NCBI GenBank assembly: GCA_965199495.1
Contig: CBDASK010000001.1
Span: 1 to 24,667 of the forward strand
Direction: 5' to 3'
Origin: Abditibacterium sp.
Lineage (GTDB): Bacteria; Armatimonadota; Abditibacteriia; Abditibacteriales; Abditibacteriaceae
Length of the DNA stretch: 24,667 nucleotides
The notes beneath the pieces were generated by a model. It was not told the origin of the DNA, did no database searches, and was given only the letters and a program-made list of their open reading frames with translations. Each line of letters starts with the position of its first letter. The stretch's first letter is position 1. The position numbers were made by a program, and so were the translations under genes. Below are positions 16,352 through 24,098 of the stretch, one piece after another.

Positions 16352-17658
16352 GATATTGGCTCCTCGGCGTTGCGCGGATTTAATTGAGATTCGCGCGCCG
16401 GTTCGGGAAAGAGTAGCGAACACAAAAGCATGGAAGCCCACAGGGGCCGCAGCACCGGATAAAAATCGGACGCGTTGAGGTTATCGGCGATCATCAACAG
16501 GCTGAGTTGGTAGCTGAGAAATCCCGCGACCAGAATGCGAGCGATTAAGGGGATCGCTTCCATCCAATTTGCCCATGCAGTGACGCGCGGCAAAATGGCT
16601 TTGCGAAGCAGAATAGAGATCAGCAGCACTACGGCGGTTGTCGCCAGATAGAACGGCGTCATCAGGACGCCAAAGAGTAAGGCCACTAAAAGCGTCGCGC
16701 GCAACAGTTCGCCCAGCCAGACGAAGACCGCCGCGCCGCCCCCGGAACGCTCTAAAAGCGCATCGGCCAGACCATCCACCCGCTCCATGAAAGCGGGCTT
16801 GCCCGTCGCAAAGTATTCAAAGCCCACGCGCGCGACCGCCACCAGGCAAGCCGTCGTAATCAGGGGCGCATAGAGGTATTGCAATGGCTCGACAAAGCCG
16901 CGCTCCACGCGCGTTGAAACCACGTCAGGGTATTGATACCAGATAAACGCCGAACGCATCATCACGGCGGCGATTTGCCCCCAGAAGTAAACCGCCAGCG
17001 CGTAGAAGACCGCTTGCAAAGCGGCTTCAACTGGAAACATCAGAATGCGGTAATGTTTGGTGCCGAACTCTGTCAAAGTGGCCCCAAAAGAACGCCCTGC
17101 CCCGCTTTCGCGGGTATCGGTTGCAGGACGGTTTTCGGCATAAAGGAGCCAAAGCTGTTGCGGCAGTAACAACGTGATTTGACGCAAACGGGCGCTTATG
17201 ACCGGAACCGCCAGCAGCAGCAGTGCCATGATGCAATAAAGCACCAGCACACACGCCACATCCCGCCAGCCCTGTTGCCCGAACCTCTGTGAAACATCGG
17301 TGACGCGGGCGAAGCGCAGAATGAGCAGATCGCCGCAGATATAACCCCCCAGCAGCCACACTCCCAAAGCCGCGCCCAGACCGCTGACGGCGATCAGTGC
17401 GCCCACCACAAACAGCGAGGCGCTAAAAATCTGCCCTGGCAGCAGCATAAAGCCGCTCAGGAAAAAGCCGATGCAAAAGGCGACAAGGGGCAGGGCCGCG
17501 CCCACGCGTCCCAGTGCCGCCAAATAAATGCCGTCAGTCAGGGTTAGGGCGAACGAGGGGAAAACCCGCCGCACCAGCAACGGCAGACGAAACCATGCCC
17601 AACTTTCCGGCTCGGTCGAGCGGGAATTGTGAGGTGCGACCTGGGGAGAAGAGGCCAT
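16348..17658 (-). CDS. Polytopic membrane protein (~436 aa, about ten hydrophobic helices), unknown family
   Basis: ATG 17658 lies 8 nt after the previous stop; the track start at 17904 would overlap the upstream gene. No ATPase motif. Confidence 0.8.
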   Translation of the reverse strand: MASSPQVAPHNSRSTEPESWAWFRLPLLVRRVFPSFALTLTDGIYLAALGRVGAALPLVAFCIGFFLSGFMLLPGQIFSASLFVVGALIAVSGLGAALGVWLLGGYICGDLLILRFARVTDVSQRFGQQGWRDVACVLVLYCIMALLLLAVPVISARLRQITLLLPQQLWLLYAENRPATDTRESGAGRSFGATLTEFGTKHYRILMFPVEAALQAVFYALAVYFWGQIAAVMMRSAFIWYQYPDVVSTRVERGFVEPLQYLYAPLITTACLVAVARVGFEYFATGKPAFMERVDGLADALLERSGGGAAVFVWLGELLRATLLVALLFGVLMTPFYLATTAVVLLISILLRKAILPRVTAWANWMEAIPLIARILVAGFLSYQLSLLMIADNLNASDFYPVLRPLWASMLLCSLLFPEPARESQLNPRNAEEPIS

Positions 17659-17666
17659 GAAAATGC

Positions 17667-18299
17667 TCAGGCGTTGGAGGGTGCCAGATACCGTTTTGTT
17701 ACGCTGCCCAAAACCACACCATAAGCGAGGTGCCCCACAATGGAGACGCTCACAAATTCTTCCATGAACTTGACGTGCAGCCAGCCCGGATAAAGGGTGA
17801 TCATGCAGCACTCCAAAAACAGGCCCCACGCGATGCCTTTCCATATGGTCGGAGCTTTCCAGAGGAAGGCGAAGGCCACGCCAAAGCCGATCCCATTGAC
17901 GCAATGAAACAACACTCCGGCGATAATTTTGGCGGCGTCCGGCGCGTCCGCTCCCAAGAGCGCGCGGCCAAAGACCGCGAATATATCGAACGGCCAGAAG
18001 GTGAAGTGAAAGAACTTCACCAGGCCGAGCCGAATACCATCATAGGCGAAAATCGCCGCCACCCCGCCAATTGTTCCGGCCAGCGCTCGCCTTTTGAGTA
18101 GCGGACGCGCTTCGGTAGGCGTGAAGTGCCAGACGCGATATACCACCAGCCCGCCCAAACAGAAATTCAGTGCCACCAGAACGGGCAGGGAAAAGCCGCT
18201 GAGGATGTAGATCACCAGAGCCGCCCCCGTCGCCAGTGGCGGCAGCGCCAACCAGAGCCGCCCCGTGCGTGACAGATCTTTTTCGCGCGCCATAAACAT
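17667..18299 (-). CDS. Polytopic membrane protein (~210 aa, ~6 TM) with intramembrane His/Glu residues
   Basis: Hydrophobic helices with YDGIR, FHCVNGIGFG, WGLFLE and GHLAYG. Confidence 0.8.
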   Translation of the reverse strand: MFMAREKDLSRTGRLWLALPPLATGAALVIYILSGFSLPVLVALNFCLGGLVVYRVWHFTPTEARPLLKRRALAGTIGGVAAIFAYDGIRLGLVKFFHFTFWPFDIFAVFGRALLGADAPDAAKIIAGVLFHCVNGIGFGVAFAFLWKAPTIWKGIAWGLFLECCMITLYPGWLHVKFMEEFVSVSIVGHLAYGVVLGSVTKRYLAPSNA

Positions 18300-18409
18300 A
18301 GCTTAACCGGAGACGCGAAAAACAGCATAAATTTTTTTTCCTCTCGATTTATAATATGTTTTCTCATGCTTGATTTTGTGGCCATGTTTTGCAAAACTTC
18401 AAAGCCATC

Positions 18410-19456
18410 GTGAAATACTTTCTTAAAATTGCCGTCGCATTGAGTAGTGTTTTGTTTTCATTCTCCGCCGAGGCAGCGCCGCCCGAAACACTCAGCTTGT
18501 CTGATTTAATAAATCATCCCGAGCGGTGGCCACAAACCGTGACCGTCAAAAAGAACCTCAATTTTGCCAATGGAAAATCTGTCCGTAAAATGCAAAAAGT
18601 AGGTGTGGTAGATTTCGATGGAAAAGCGGTTACTCTCTCTTTCGAGAGTGATTGGAATTTCACGTTGTCACCGAAAGATTGCGATTTGCTACAAATAGCC
18701 AACCAAGCGTGGACTATTCTCACGCCTGACCAGCGCGCGATTGAAGCAGCAACTTTAGACCAAGACCCCTCACTTTGGCCGATAAAAGTAAAAATCCCTA
18801 ACGAACTACGAATGGAGGGTGGCGGCGGCATACCTGCTGGTGCCGAGCTGGATCTCATTTCTACGGAGGGTCAAAAGGTCAAACTTTACTCGCATCAACC
18901 AGCTACTTTAATCACCGTTTCTTTGATGAACACAGATTTGATAGAGCGTGCTCGTAGATTGGTGCTGATCCCTGCTAATAAAAGACCTTCGCGAGTTGCT
19001 TATGCGCTGAAAAAAATTATGGTGGATAGTGCTGGCCAACCTTATACCGATCCAGAATTGGAGAATGCACAAGTAATTGCGCTTTACTACGGAGGCGCAT
19101 GGTGCAAATGGTGCCGCGAATTCTCCCCCACTCTTGTAAAGTTCGTCAACGAAAAAACGCCTGATAATCCTTACTTTAAAACCGTAATGGTCAGCAGTGA
19201 TCAAGAAGACTCCACGATGTTGGCCTATATGAAAGAAAAATCCATGCCTTGGCCTGCTGTTCCATTTCATGATCTGGAACTTTCGGCGTTTTTACGTAGC
19301 TATGAAAAGAATGTAGTTCCTACTTTGATCATTTGTGATCGTTCTGGAAAACTGCTTGCCACGAGCTTACAAAAAGGGCCGGACGGTGCCGAGGCGGACA
19401 CAGATGCCGCCTTGCAGTCGCTGACCAAGATTTTGGACTCAGGCGCGGCTCGCTGA
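18410..19456 (+). CDS. Secreted tryparedoxin/nucleoredoxin-like thioredoxin with a tandem N-terminal beta-rich repeat
   Basis: Signal peptide ending AEA|AP, WCKWC at 19100-19114, VMVSSD, MPWPAVPF, VPTLIICD.SGK. Start is 18389 or 18410. Confidence 0.88.
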   Translation: MKYFLKIAVALSSVLFSFSAEAAPPETLSLSDLINHPERWPQTVTVKKNLNFANGKSVRKMQKVGVVDFDGKAVTLSFESDWNFTLSPKDCDLLQIANQAWTILTPDQRAIEAATLDQDPSLWPIKVKIPNELRMEGGGGIPAGAELDLISTEGQKVKLYSHQPATLITVSLMNTDLIERARRLVLIPANKRPSRVAYALKKIMVDSAGQPYTDPELENAQVIALYYGGAWCKWCREFSPTLVKFVNEKTPDNPYFKTVMVSSDQEDSTMLAYMKEKSMPWPAVPFHDLELSAFLRSYEKNVVPTLIICDRSGKLLATSLQKGPDGAEADTDAALQSLTKILDSGAAR

Positions 19457-19513
19457 AGTACCAGTTCCTTGTTCCTATATTACCAAATTTGGGTGAAAGT
19501 CTTTTGAAAATCA

Positions 19514-21529
19514 ATGCGTTTCTCTCTCTCGCGCGTGACTGCGCTTTTGCTAATTGTCGCCACCGCTTTACCTGCGCAAGCAGATAATTTCCTTGACAAG
19601 ATCAAGCAAAATTTGGGGATTAGCGGTGAGGCACTCACCACCAGCATCAAAGATGCGACTGGTGAGGTTCCTTATTTAGATAACTTCTCACCGCGCATCC
19701 GGAAATCTTTCTCGACGCTGGCGAAGGATGATGAAGGCAAATTCTTAATCAAGCCTGGTGCCTATGTTGGCACGTTTCAGAGCTTTTGTCTTCATGCGGG
19801 CACTTACGGCCCAACACGCGGCAATGGTTATGTAACAGCTCCTTTGAAGGGGCCTAAAGCCTATGTTATTAAGCGTGTTCTTAAGCAAGCATCACGCTAT
19901 CCAAACATTCCGCAAAGCCAAGTTCAAACGCTGATTTGGACGATAGAAGCGGGCGTTGGCTATGAAGAAATGTCCCCGCCAATGCGGAAGACCCTTTCAA
20001 CTCTGCTGTGGGGCAAGGACGGAATTCCTTCCGCGAAAGAGATGAGAGATGTATGGGAACTTGCGGGCGGTTTCGGCCAGTTTGTGCCCGCAGATAAAGT
20101 CAATGATGTGCTGCGACAAATTGATGAGTTGCAACAGCCTTTGTTTAAGGCCCGCAATATTATCCGTCGGATCAATGCCCAACAAATCCCTTTTGAAAAT
20201 CTGAATTTCTCCGCTCTTGAAAGTGCCGCAGTTCTACAAGGTGAACCGCCTGCATATAAGGAAGACCGTTTCGTCCCCGATAGCCGATGGGTGTATTCAA
20301 AGAGCGGTTTGTTTTTGCGCTTCAATCCATCTGGTTACAGCCGAACTGAGATTGAGGCTTATTGTCCAGAACCGTTTGTTATTCGCTCTGATAAAGTGGG
20401 ACGAATCAGAGAGATTGAGACCGCTGACCACGAATTCACCTTAAGAACAAATTATGTAGAGGGGATTCCAGCAGCGCGGCACCAAGCGACCGAAATCGTA
20501 TTGATCCGACGAGGCCAGGTTGTCTTTCAATCGGCAATCGGTGCTTTGCTTCCCGCTGGCGTTCCAACCAATATGACCTCTCGCGCTATACAGGATGTGT
20601 TGCGTCCTGATGTGACTGCGCATAGCAAAGACCTACAAAACTTGCAACGCGAATTTATCGGCAACAAGCCGCGCGCGTTGACCGGATTGATGATCAATCT
20701 GACGAATTATAAGGATGGCTTGACATCCGCGCTGGAGATCATACCGGATGAAGATGCGCGCAATTTTTTGAACAATTTTGTGACGCGCGCATGGATGGCA
20801 ACTGCCTATCAGTGGATCAACGAGGACACGGCGGGAGTTCGCATTGGACAGAATTTTCTTCGTAAAGATTTAGCAGGACAAGCGGGCTTTAGAGCTGTGG
20901 CTTTTCCCGCAGCGATCCCTTTGCTGGTTCCGGTCGTAGATACTGCCGTTGGTGTAATTCTCAGAATTGGAGCCGCCGTTATTGGACTAGAGATAGGTTC
21001 TACGGTTATTTGCCCAGGAGAAACAGGGCGGCAACGTCTGGGGATTTGCGAGTTGCCTTTGCCCGATGGAACAGTTTTGAATTCCGAGGAAAACGAGCAA
21101 TCCGCATGGCCACCAATACCAAGGCCAGATCCGACGACCGGAGGTGCAACTGCTGATCCGGGTGGAATTGACCCCGATCCTGACAATGAAAAATCGCCGG
21201 AAGAAAAACTGGAAGCCAAAGTCAAAGAAATTCTGGATAGGGTTAAAGCGGGTGATCCCAATGGTCAACAGAATTTCGGTGTAGGCGAGGGCACAGCCAC
21301 AGAAGCCAACGCTGCCGGTAGAGAATGGGTCGGCGAAGACGCTCGGCTTGCCAGCGATGGCAAAACACTGGTAAGTAAAGACGGCACCAGACAATACAGG
21401 CCACCATCGTGGAAAAAGGGTAATCCTAATAACCCCTTCAACCAAAACGGAAAGTCCCAAGCCAATTTTGAAAGTCGGCCAACCAATAGTGGCCCTTGGA
21501 AAACTAACGGCCACTTAGACATTAGGTAG
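19514..21529 (+). CDS. Putative secreted polymorphic toxin 2 with a C-terminal CdiA-CT-like (probable BECR RNase/tRNase) domain
   Basis: Signal peptide ending AQA|DN. C-terminus NFGVG..T..EA...G.EWVG..SDGK.LVS.DGTRQYRPP..K…QANFE…NGHLDI resembles enterobacterial CdiA-CT tRNase domains. Followed by an Imm8-like gene. Confidence 0.85.
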   Translation: MRFSLSRVTALLLIVATALPAQADNFLDKIKQNLGISGEALTTSIKDATGEVPYLDNFSPRIRKSFSTLAKDDEGKFLIKPGAYVGTFQSFCLHAGTYGPTRGNGYVTAPLKGPKAYVIKRVLKQASRYPNIPQSQVQTLIWTIEAGVGYEEMSPPMRKTLSTLLWGKDGIPSAKEMRDVWELAGGFGQFVPADKVNDVLRQIDELQQPLFKARNIIRRINAQQIPFENLNFSALESAAVLQGEPPAYKEDRFVPDSRWVYSKSGLFLRFNPSGYSRTEIEAYCPEPFVIRSDKVGRIREIETADHEFTLRTNYVEGIPAARHQATEIVLIRRGQVVFQSAIGALLPAGVPTNMTSRAIQDVLRPDVTAHSKDLQNLQREFIGNKPRALTGLMINLTNYKDGLTSALEIIPDEDARNFLNNFVTRAWMATAYQWINEDTAGVRIGQNFLRKDLAGQAGFRAVAFPAAIPLLVPVVDTAVGVILRIGAAVIGLEIGSTVICPGETGRQRLGICELPLPDGTVLNSEENEQSAWPPIPRPDPTTGGATADPGGIDPDPDNEKSPEEKLEAKVKEILDRVKAGDPNGQQNFGVGEGTATEANAAGREWVGEDARLASDGKTLVSKDGTRQYRPPSWKKGNPNNPFNQNGKSQANFESRPTNSGPWKTNGHLDIR

Positions 21530-21537
21530 ATAATGCT

Positions 21538-21906
21538 ATGATTTCTCAAATAAAGCGACTTGTTAGCCCAGACGTTTCGGAACTTGAAGGATTTAATCCG
21601 ACAAGAGCCGAATCCTTTGGAATTTTGATCGAGATATTTATAGGCGAGCCAGAGGAGATTGCAGAAGATCGGTTTCAGATATACGTATGCACTCCTCTTT
21701 GGCTTTCGGAAAATTTCGATAAAGTATTATTACACTTTGACGCCTCTATTTTTTTATGTGGCAGAGGTTTTTTATTGACTAAATATTATGTTTATGAAGA
21801 TGTCAAAAAAGAAATATACAAACTATTTGATGGTGTAAGTGGTAAAGATTGGCGAGAGATAAGTCAAAAACTAAGCATGTTAAGCTGGTGGGAGTTCGAT
21901 AACTGA
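21538..21906 (+). CDS. Immunity protein, Imm8-like
   Basis: SPDV, FG.LI..FIG, D.F..YVCTP.WL, GR..L, G.DW.EI..KL….WEF. AT-rich, 8 nt after the toxin stop. Confidence 0.85.
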   Translation: MISQIKRLVSPDVSELEGFNPTRAESFGILIEIFIGEPEEIAEDRFQIYVCTPLWLSENFDKVLLHFDASIFLCGRGFLLTKYYVYEDVKKEIYKLFDGVSGKDWREISQKLSMLSWWEFDN

Positions 21907-21959
21907 AAAATCATTAAATCTGCTGAACAGTTTTTAAGGCCTCAAACCCTTAAAGCGGT

Positions 21960-21984
21960 CTTGTAACAAACCTAAAGGAGCGTT
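21960..21984 (+). repeat. Degenerate direct copy (22/25) of the res-like site at 22542-22566
   Basis: CTTGTAACAAACCTAAAGGAGCGTT versus CTTGTAACAAATCTAAAGGGACGTT. Confidence 0.75.
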
Positions 21985-22117
21985 GAAGAAAGCGATTTAC
22001 AAAACCCAACTGGAAACGATGCGTGCGCTACTCATGGCGGCGCTCGAAGGAGAGCGGTAATCCTTTACCTACTTTAAGCGGGTGCTTTAGCTGTCAGAGC
22101 GATAGAGGCCGCGGCTA

Positions 22118-22297
22118 TTAAGGTGCAGGCGCGTTTTTGTTTTGCTCTTCGCGCTCTAAGCGTCTTTCGTAAGCCTTTCCCGCTAATATCAGAGGAACGG
22201 AAATGGGTGCAGTCAGCGCAATAATAGCTGCTCTTTTGAAGGCATTACGCCGATGCATCCGCCGTTTGCTTTCTTCGGTTGGTATCGCGTATGTCAT
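22118..22297 (-). CDS. Small 59-aa single-TM protein not in the ORF track
   Basis: MTYAIPTEESKRRMHRRNAFKRAAIIALTAPISVPLILAGKAYERRLEREEQNKNAPAP*. AAGGAG RBS 8 nt upstream and a TGnTATGGT extended -10-like motif. Confidence 0.65.
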   Translation of the reverse strand: MTYAIPTEESKRRMHRRNAFKRAAIIALTAPISVPLILAGKAYERRLEREEQNKNAPAP

Positions 22298-22541
22298 GAT
22301 GAAAACTCCTTAAAAATGAGGTTTGACCATAGCATGAAATTTGCGATAAATTTGTTACGATTTTTTGAAATTGTTTTACGAGAAACTTGAGACTTTGCTG
22401 ATTGCAGACCTAATGCCGCGTGAGAAAGCCCACGAACCATTATTCTGAGCACTGTGCAAAATTCTGCTTTAGCAAATCGCGTTGTTCTAAAATATCCGCC
22501 AGTGCTGCGTGATTAACATAAATTTTCTGCCCATAGTCCAA

Positions 22542-22604
22542 CTTGTAACAAATCTAAAGGGACGTTTGGATTTGCGATTGCGGATATGCAACGACCGTTG
22601 CATA
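22542..22604. promoter_or_regulatory. Candidate res / recombinase-binding palindromes
   Basis: CAAATCTAAAGG-GA-CGTTTGGATTTG (22549-22574) and perfect TATGCAACG-AC-CGTTGCATA (22585-22604). Each has a 2-bp centre and lies directly upstream of the recombinase. Confidence 0.7.
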
Positions 22605-22645
22605 ATGACAAACTGCATCCCCAGACCACAAAAAGCCCCGCTGCC

Positions 22646-23317
22646 ATGCCCGACTTCGTTGCTTATTTCCGAGTGTCCACCGACAAACAAGGCCAGTCCG
22701 GTTTAGGACTGGAAGCCCAGACCGCAACGGTGCGAAAATACGCCGCAGGGCGCGGCGAGATCATCGCCAGCTTTCAGGAGGTCGAAAGCGGCAAGCGCAG
22801 CGACCGCCCCGAATTACTCAAAGCCTTGGCAATGTGCCGCCAGAAAAAAGCGGTTCTGGTGATCGCCAAGTTAGACCGCCTTTCGCGCAACGTGGCTTTC
22901 ATCGCCAATCTGCTCGATAGCCGCGCTGAATTTATCGCTTGCGATATGCCCGAAGCCAACAAGCTCACGCTGCACATCATGGCGGCAATGGCACAGCACG
23001 AGCGCGAAGCCACGTCACTGCGCACCAGAGAAGCCCTGCAAGCGGCCAAGGTGCGCGGGCAGCAGTTGGGTGGACAGCGCACCAACAGTGCCGCGCTGCA
23101 CCGCGCATCCGCAGAACAGGCGCGGCAGTTTCGTGTTGACCTGGCTCCTACCCTTCAACAAATGAAGGCGCGCGGGCTGACGCTGGCGGAGATCGCCGAC
23201 CAGCTCAACGAGCGCAACATTAAAACCTGTAAAAATCGCGCGTGGCATCCGTCCACTGTCTGCCGTTTGTTGAAGGAAGTCGCACCAGTTGAATTGCTTC
23301 TATCCGCGCCATCTTAA
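22646..23317 (+). CDS. Small serine recombinase (resolvase/invertase) with a C-terminal DNA-binding domain
   Basis: VAYFRVSTDKQGQSGLGLEAQ, EVESGK..RPEL, AKLDRLSRN, and C-terminal LAEIADQLNE..W.PSTVCRLL. Confidence 0.95.
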   Translation: MPDFVAYFRVSTDKQGQSGLGLEAQTATVRKYAAGRGEIIASFQEVESGKRSDRPELLKALAMCRQKKAVLVIAKLDRLSRNVAFIANLLDSRAEFIACDMPEANKLTLHIMAAMAQHEREATSLRTREALQAAKVRGQQLGGQRTNSAALHRASAEQARQFRVDLAPTLQQMKARGLTLAEIADQLNERNIKTCKNRAWHPSTVCRLLKEVAPVELLLSAPS

Positions 23318-23872
23318 TTATTTTGGCGTGCCGTAAATACCATAGTAAGCAACGTAATAACTAGTAGGTGCATCAAACTTAAGCCCAGTATCAAGCATAC
23401 AGGCTATTTTTGCTCCGGGGATGAAATTATAATACACATAATCTGTTATTGTTGCAGGAACAACTCCTGTTCGCAGAGCTTCTATTTGCTTGCAGACATT
23501 AATTTTACTGGCGTCCATTCTGACATACATAACAGGGCTATTCATTGCCCCCACCCCATAGAAAACACACAATGCTTTGCCGGAACAATTGTAAGTTAAT
23601 GTCTTTGTGGCAGCGTCAGGAAAAGGAACGGAAGAGAGATATTTTGGCACAAGAAAATCTAAATCGTTCCATCCACTCGGCTCCCATTGTGTGCTATTTT
23701 CGGCATTATAAAACTGGAGTGCCGCGTTCGCCTGTTCAAAGGCATTCACAATTTCATTGGCTTGTGCTTTAGCTTGCCCCTGCATAAATGCCTCTCCACC
23801 ATAATAAGCCCCCATGAGCGCAGCCACTGCGACCAGCGCAATAGAAATAACGGTGATTATAAGATTTGACAT
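23318..23872 (-). CDS. Type IV pilin-like protein lacking a class III leader
   Basis: N-terminal hydrophobic helix running into an amphipathic helix (YYGGEAFMQGQAKAQA..EQ..AALQFY), LVPKYLSSVP, four Cys. AT-rich. Confidence 0.6.
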   Translation of the reverse strand: MSNLIITVISIALVAVAALMGAYYGGEAFMQGQAKAQANEIVNAFEQANAALQFYNAENSTQWEPSGWNDLDFLVPKYLSSVPFPDAATKTLTYNCSGKALCVFYGVGAMNSPVMYVRMDASKINVCKQIEALRTGVVPATITDYVYYNFIPGAKIACMLDTGLKFDAPTSYYVAYYGIYGTPK

Positions 23873-24032
23873 CCATCAAATTTAAAGCAATCGGATTAAT
23901 TAACAATGAATTTTTGTCTCAATCTGTAATGCGGGCACCTTGTTGAAGAAAGCCGCCTGATGAATTGAGGGAGAAGCCAGTGATAGAAATAGTATTGTGA
24001 GCGATATAGTGAAAGCGAATTTAGAAATGTTA

Positions 24033-24098
24033 CTTGTATATCTTTTCAACATCGGTATAAAATCTATACGACAGAAAAACAACGTCGGAGAGACACCA
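24033..24098 (+). repeat. Degenerate 11-bp-period array upstream of parA (candidate parS/operator)
   Basis: Units: cttgtatatct, tttcaacatcg, gtataaaatct, atacgacagaa, aaacaacgtcg, gagagacacca. Confidence 0.55.

Noticed and set aside
17659..17904. Extended start of the 518-aa ORF; likewise the 16441 and 15891 starts
   Set aside because: These overlap upstream genes. Shorter starts give clean coupling, RBSs or a proper signal peptide.
21150..21190. DPGG/DPDP as an Rhs DPxG autocleavage motif
   Set aside because: There are no YD repeats or Rhs core upstream; it reads as a Pro/Asp linker.
21983..22060. 25-codon TTG ORF after AAGGAG
   Set aside because: The SD-like sequence is only 2 nt from the TTG and is part of the res-like repeat. 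There is no other support.
22586..23872. Transposon or IS around the serine recombinase
   Set aside because: I saw no transposase, terminal inverted repeats or target duplication; it is best read as a plasmid resolvase.
23900..24082. 60-aa minus-strand ORF upstream of the pilin-like gene
   Set aside because: It overlaps the parA promoter/repeat array in AT-rich DNA and has no clear RBS or motif.
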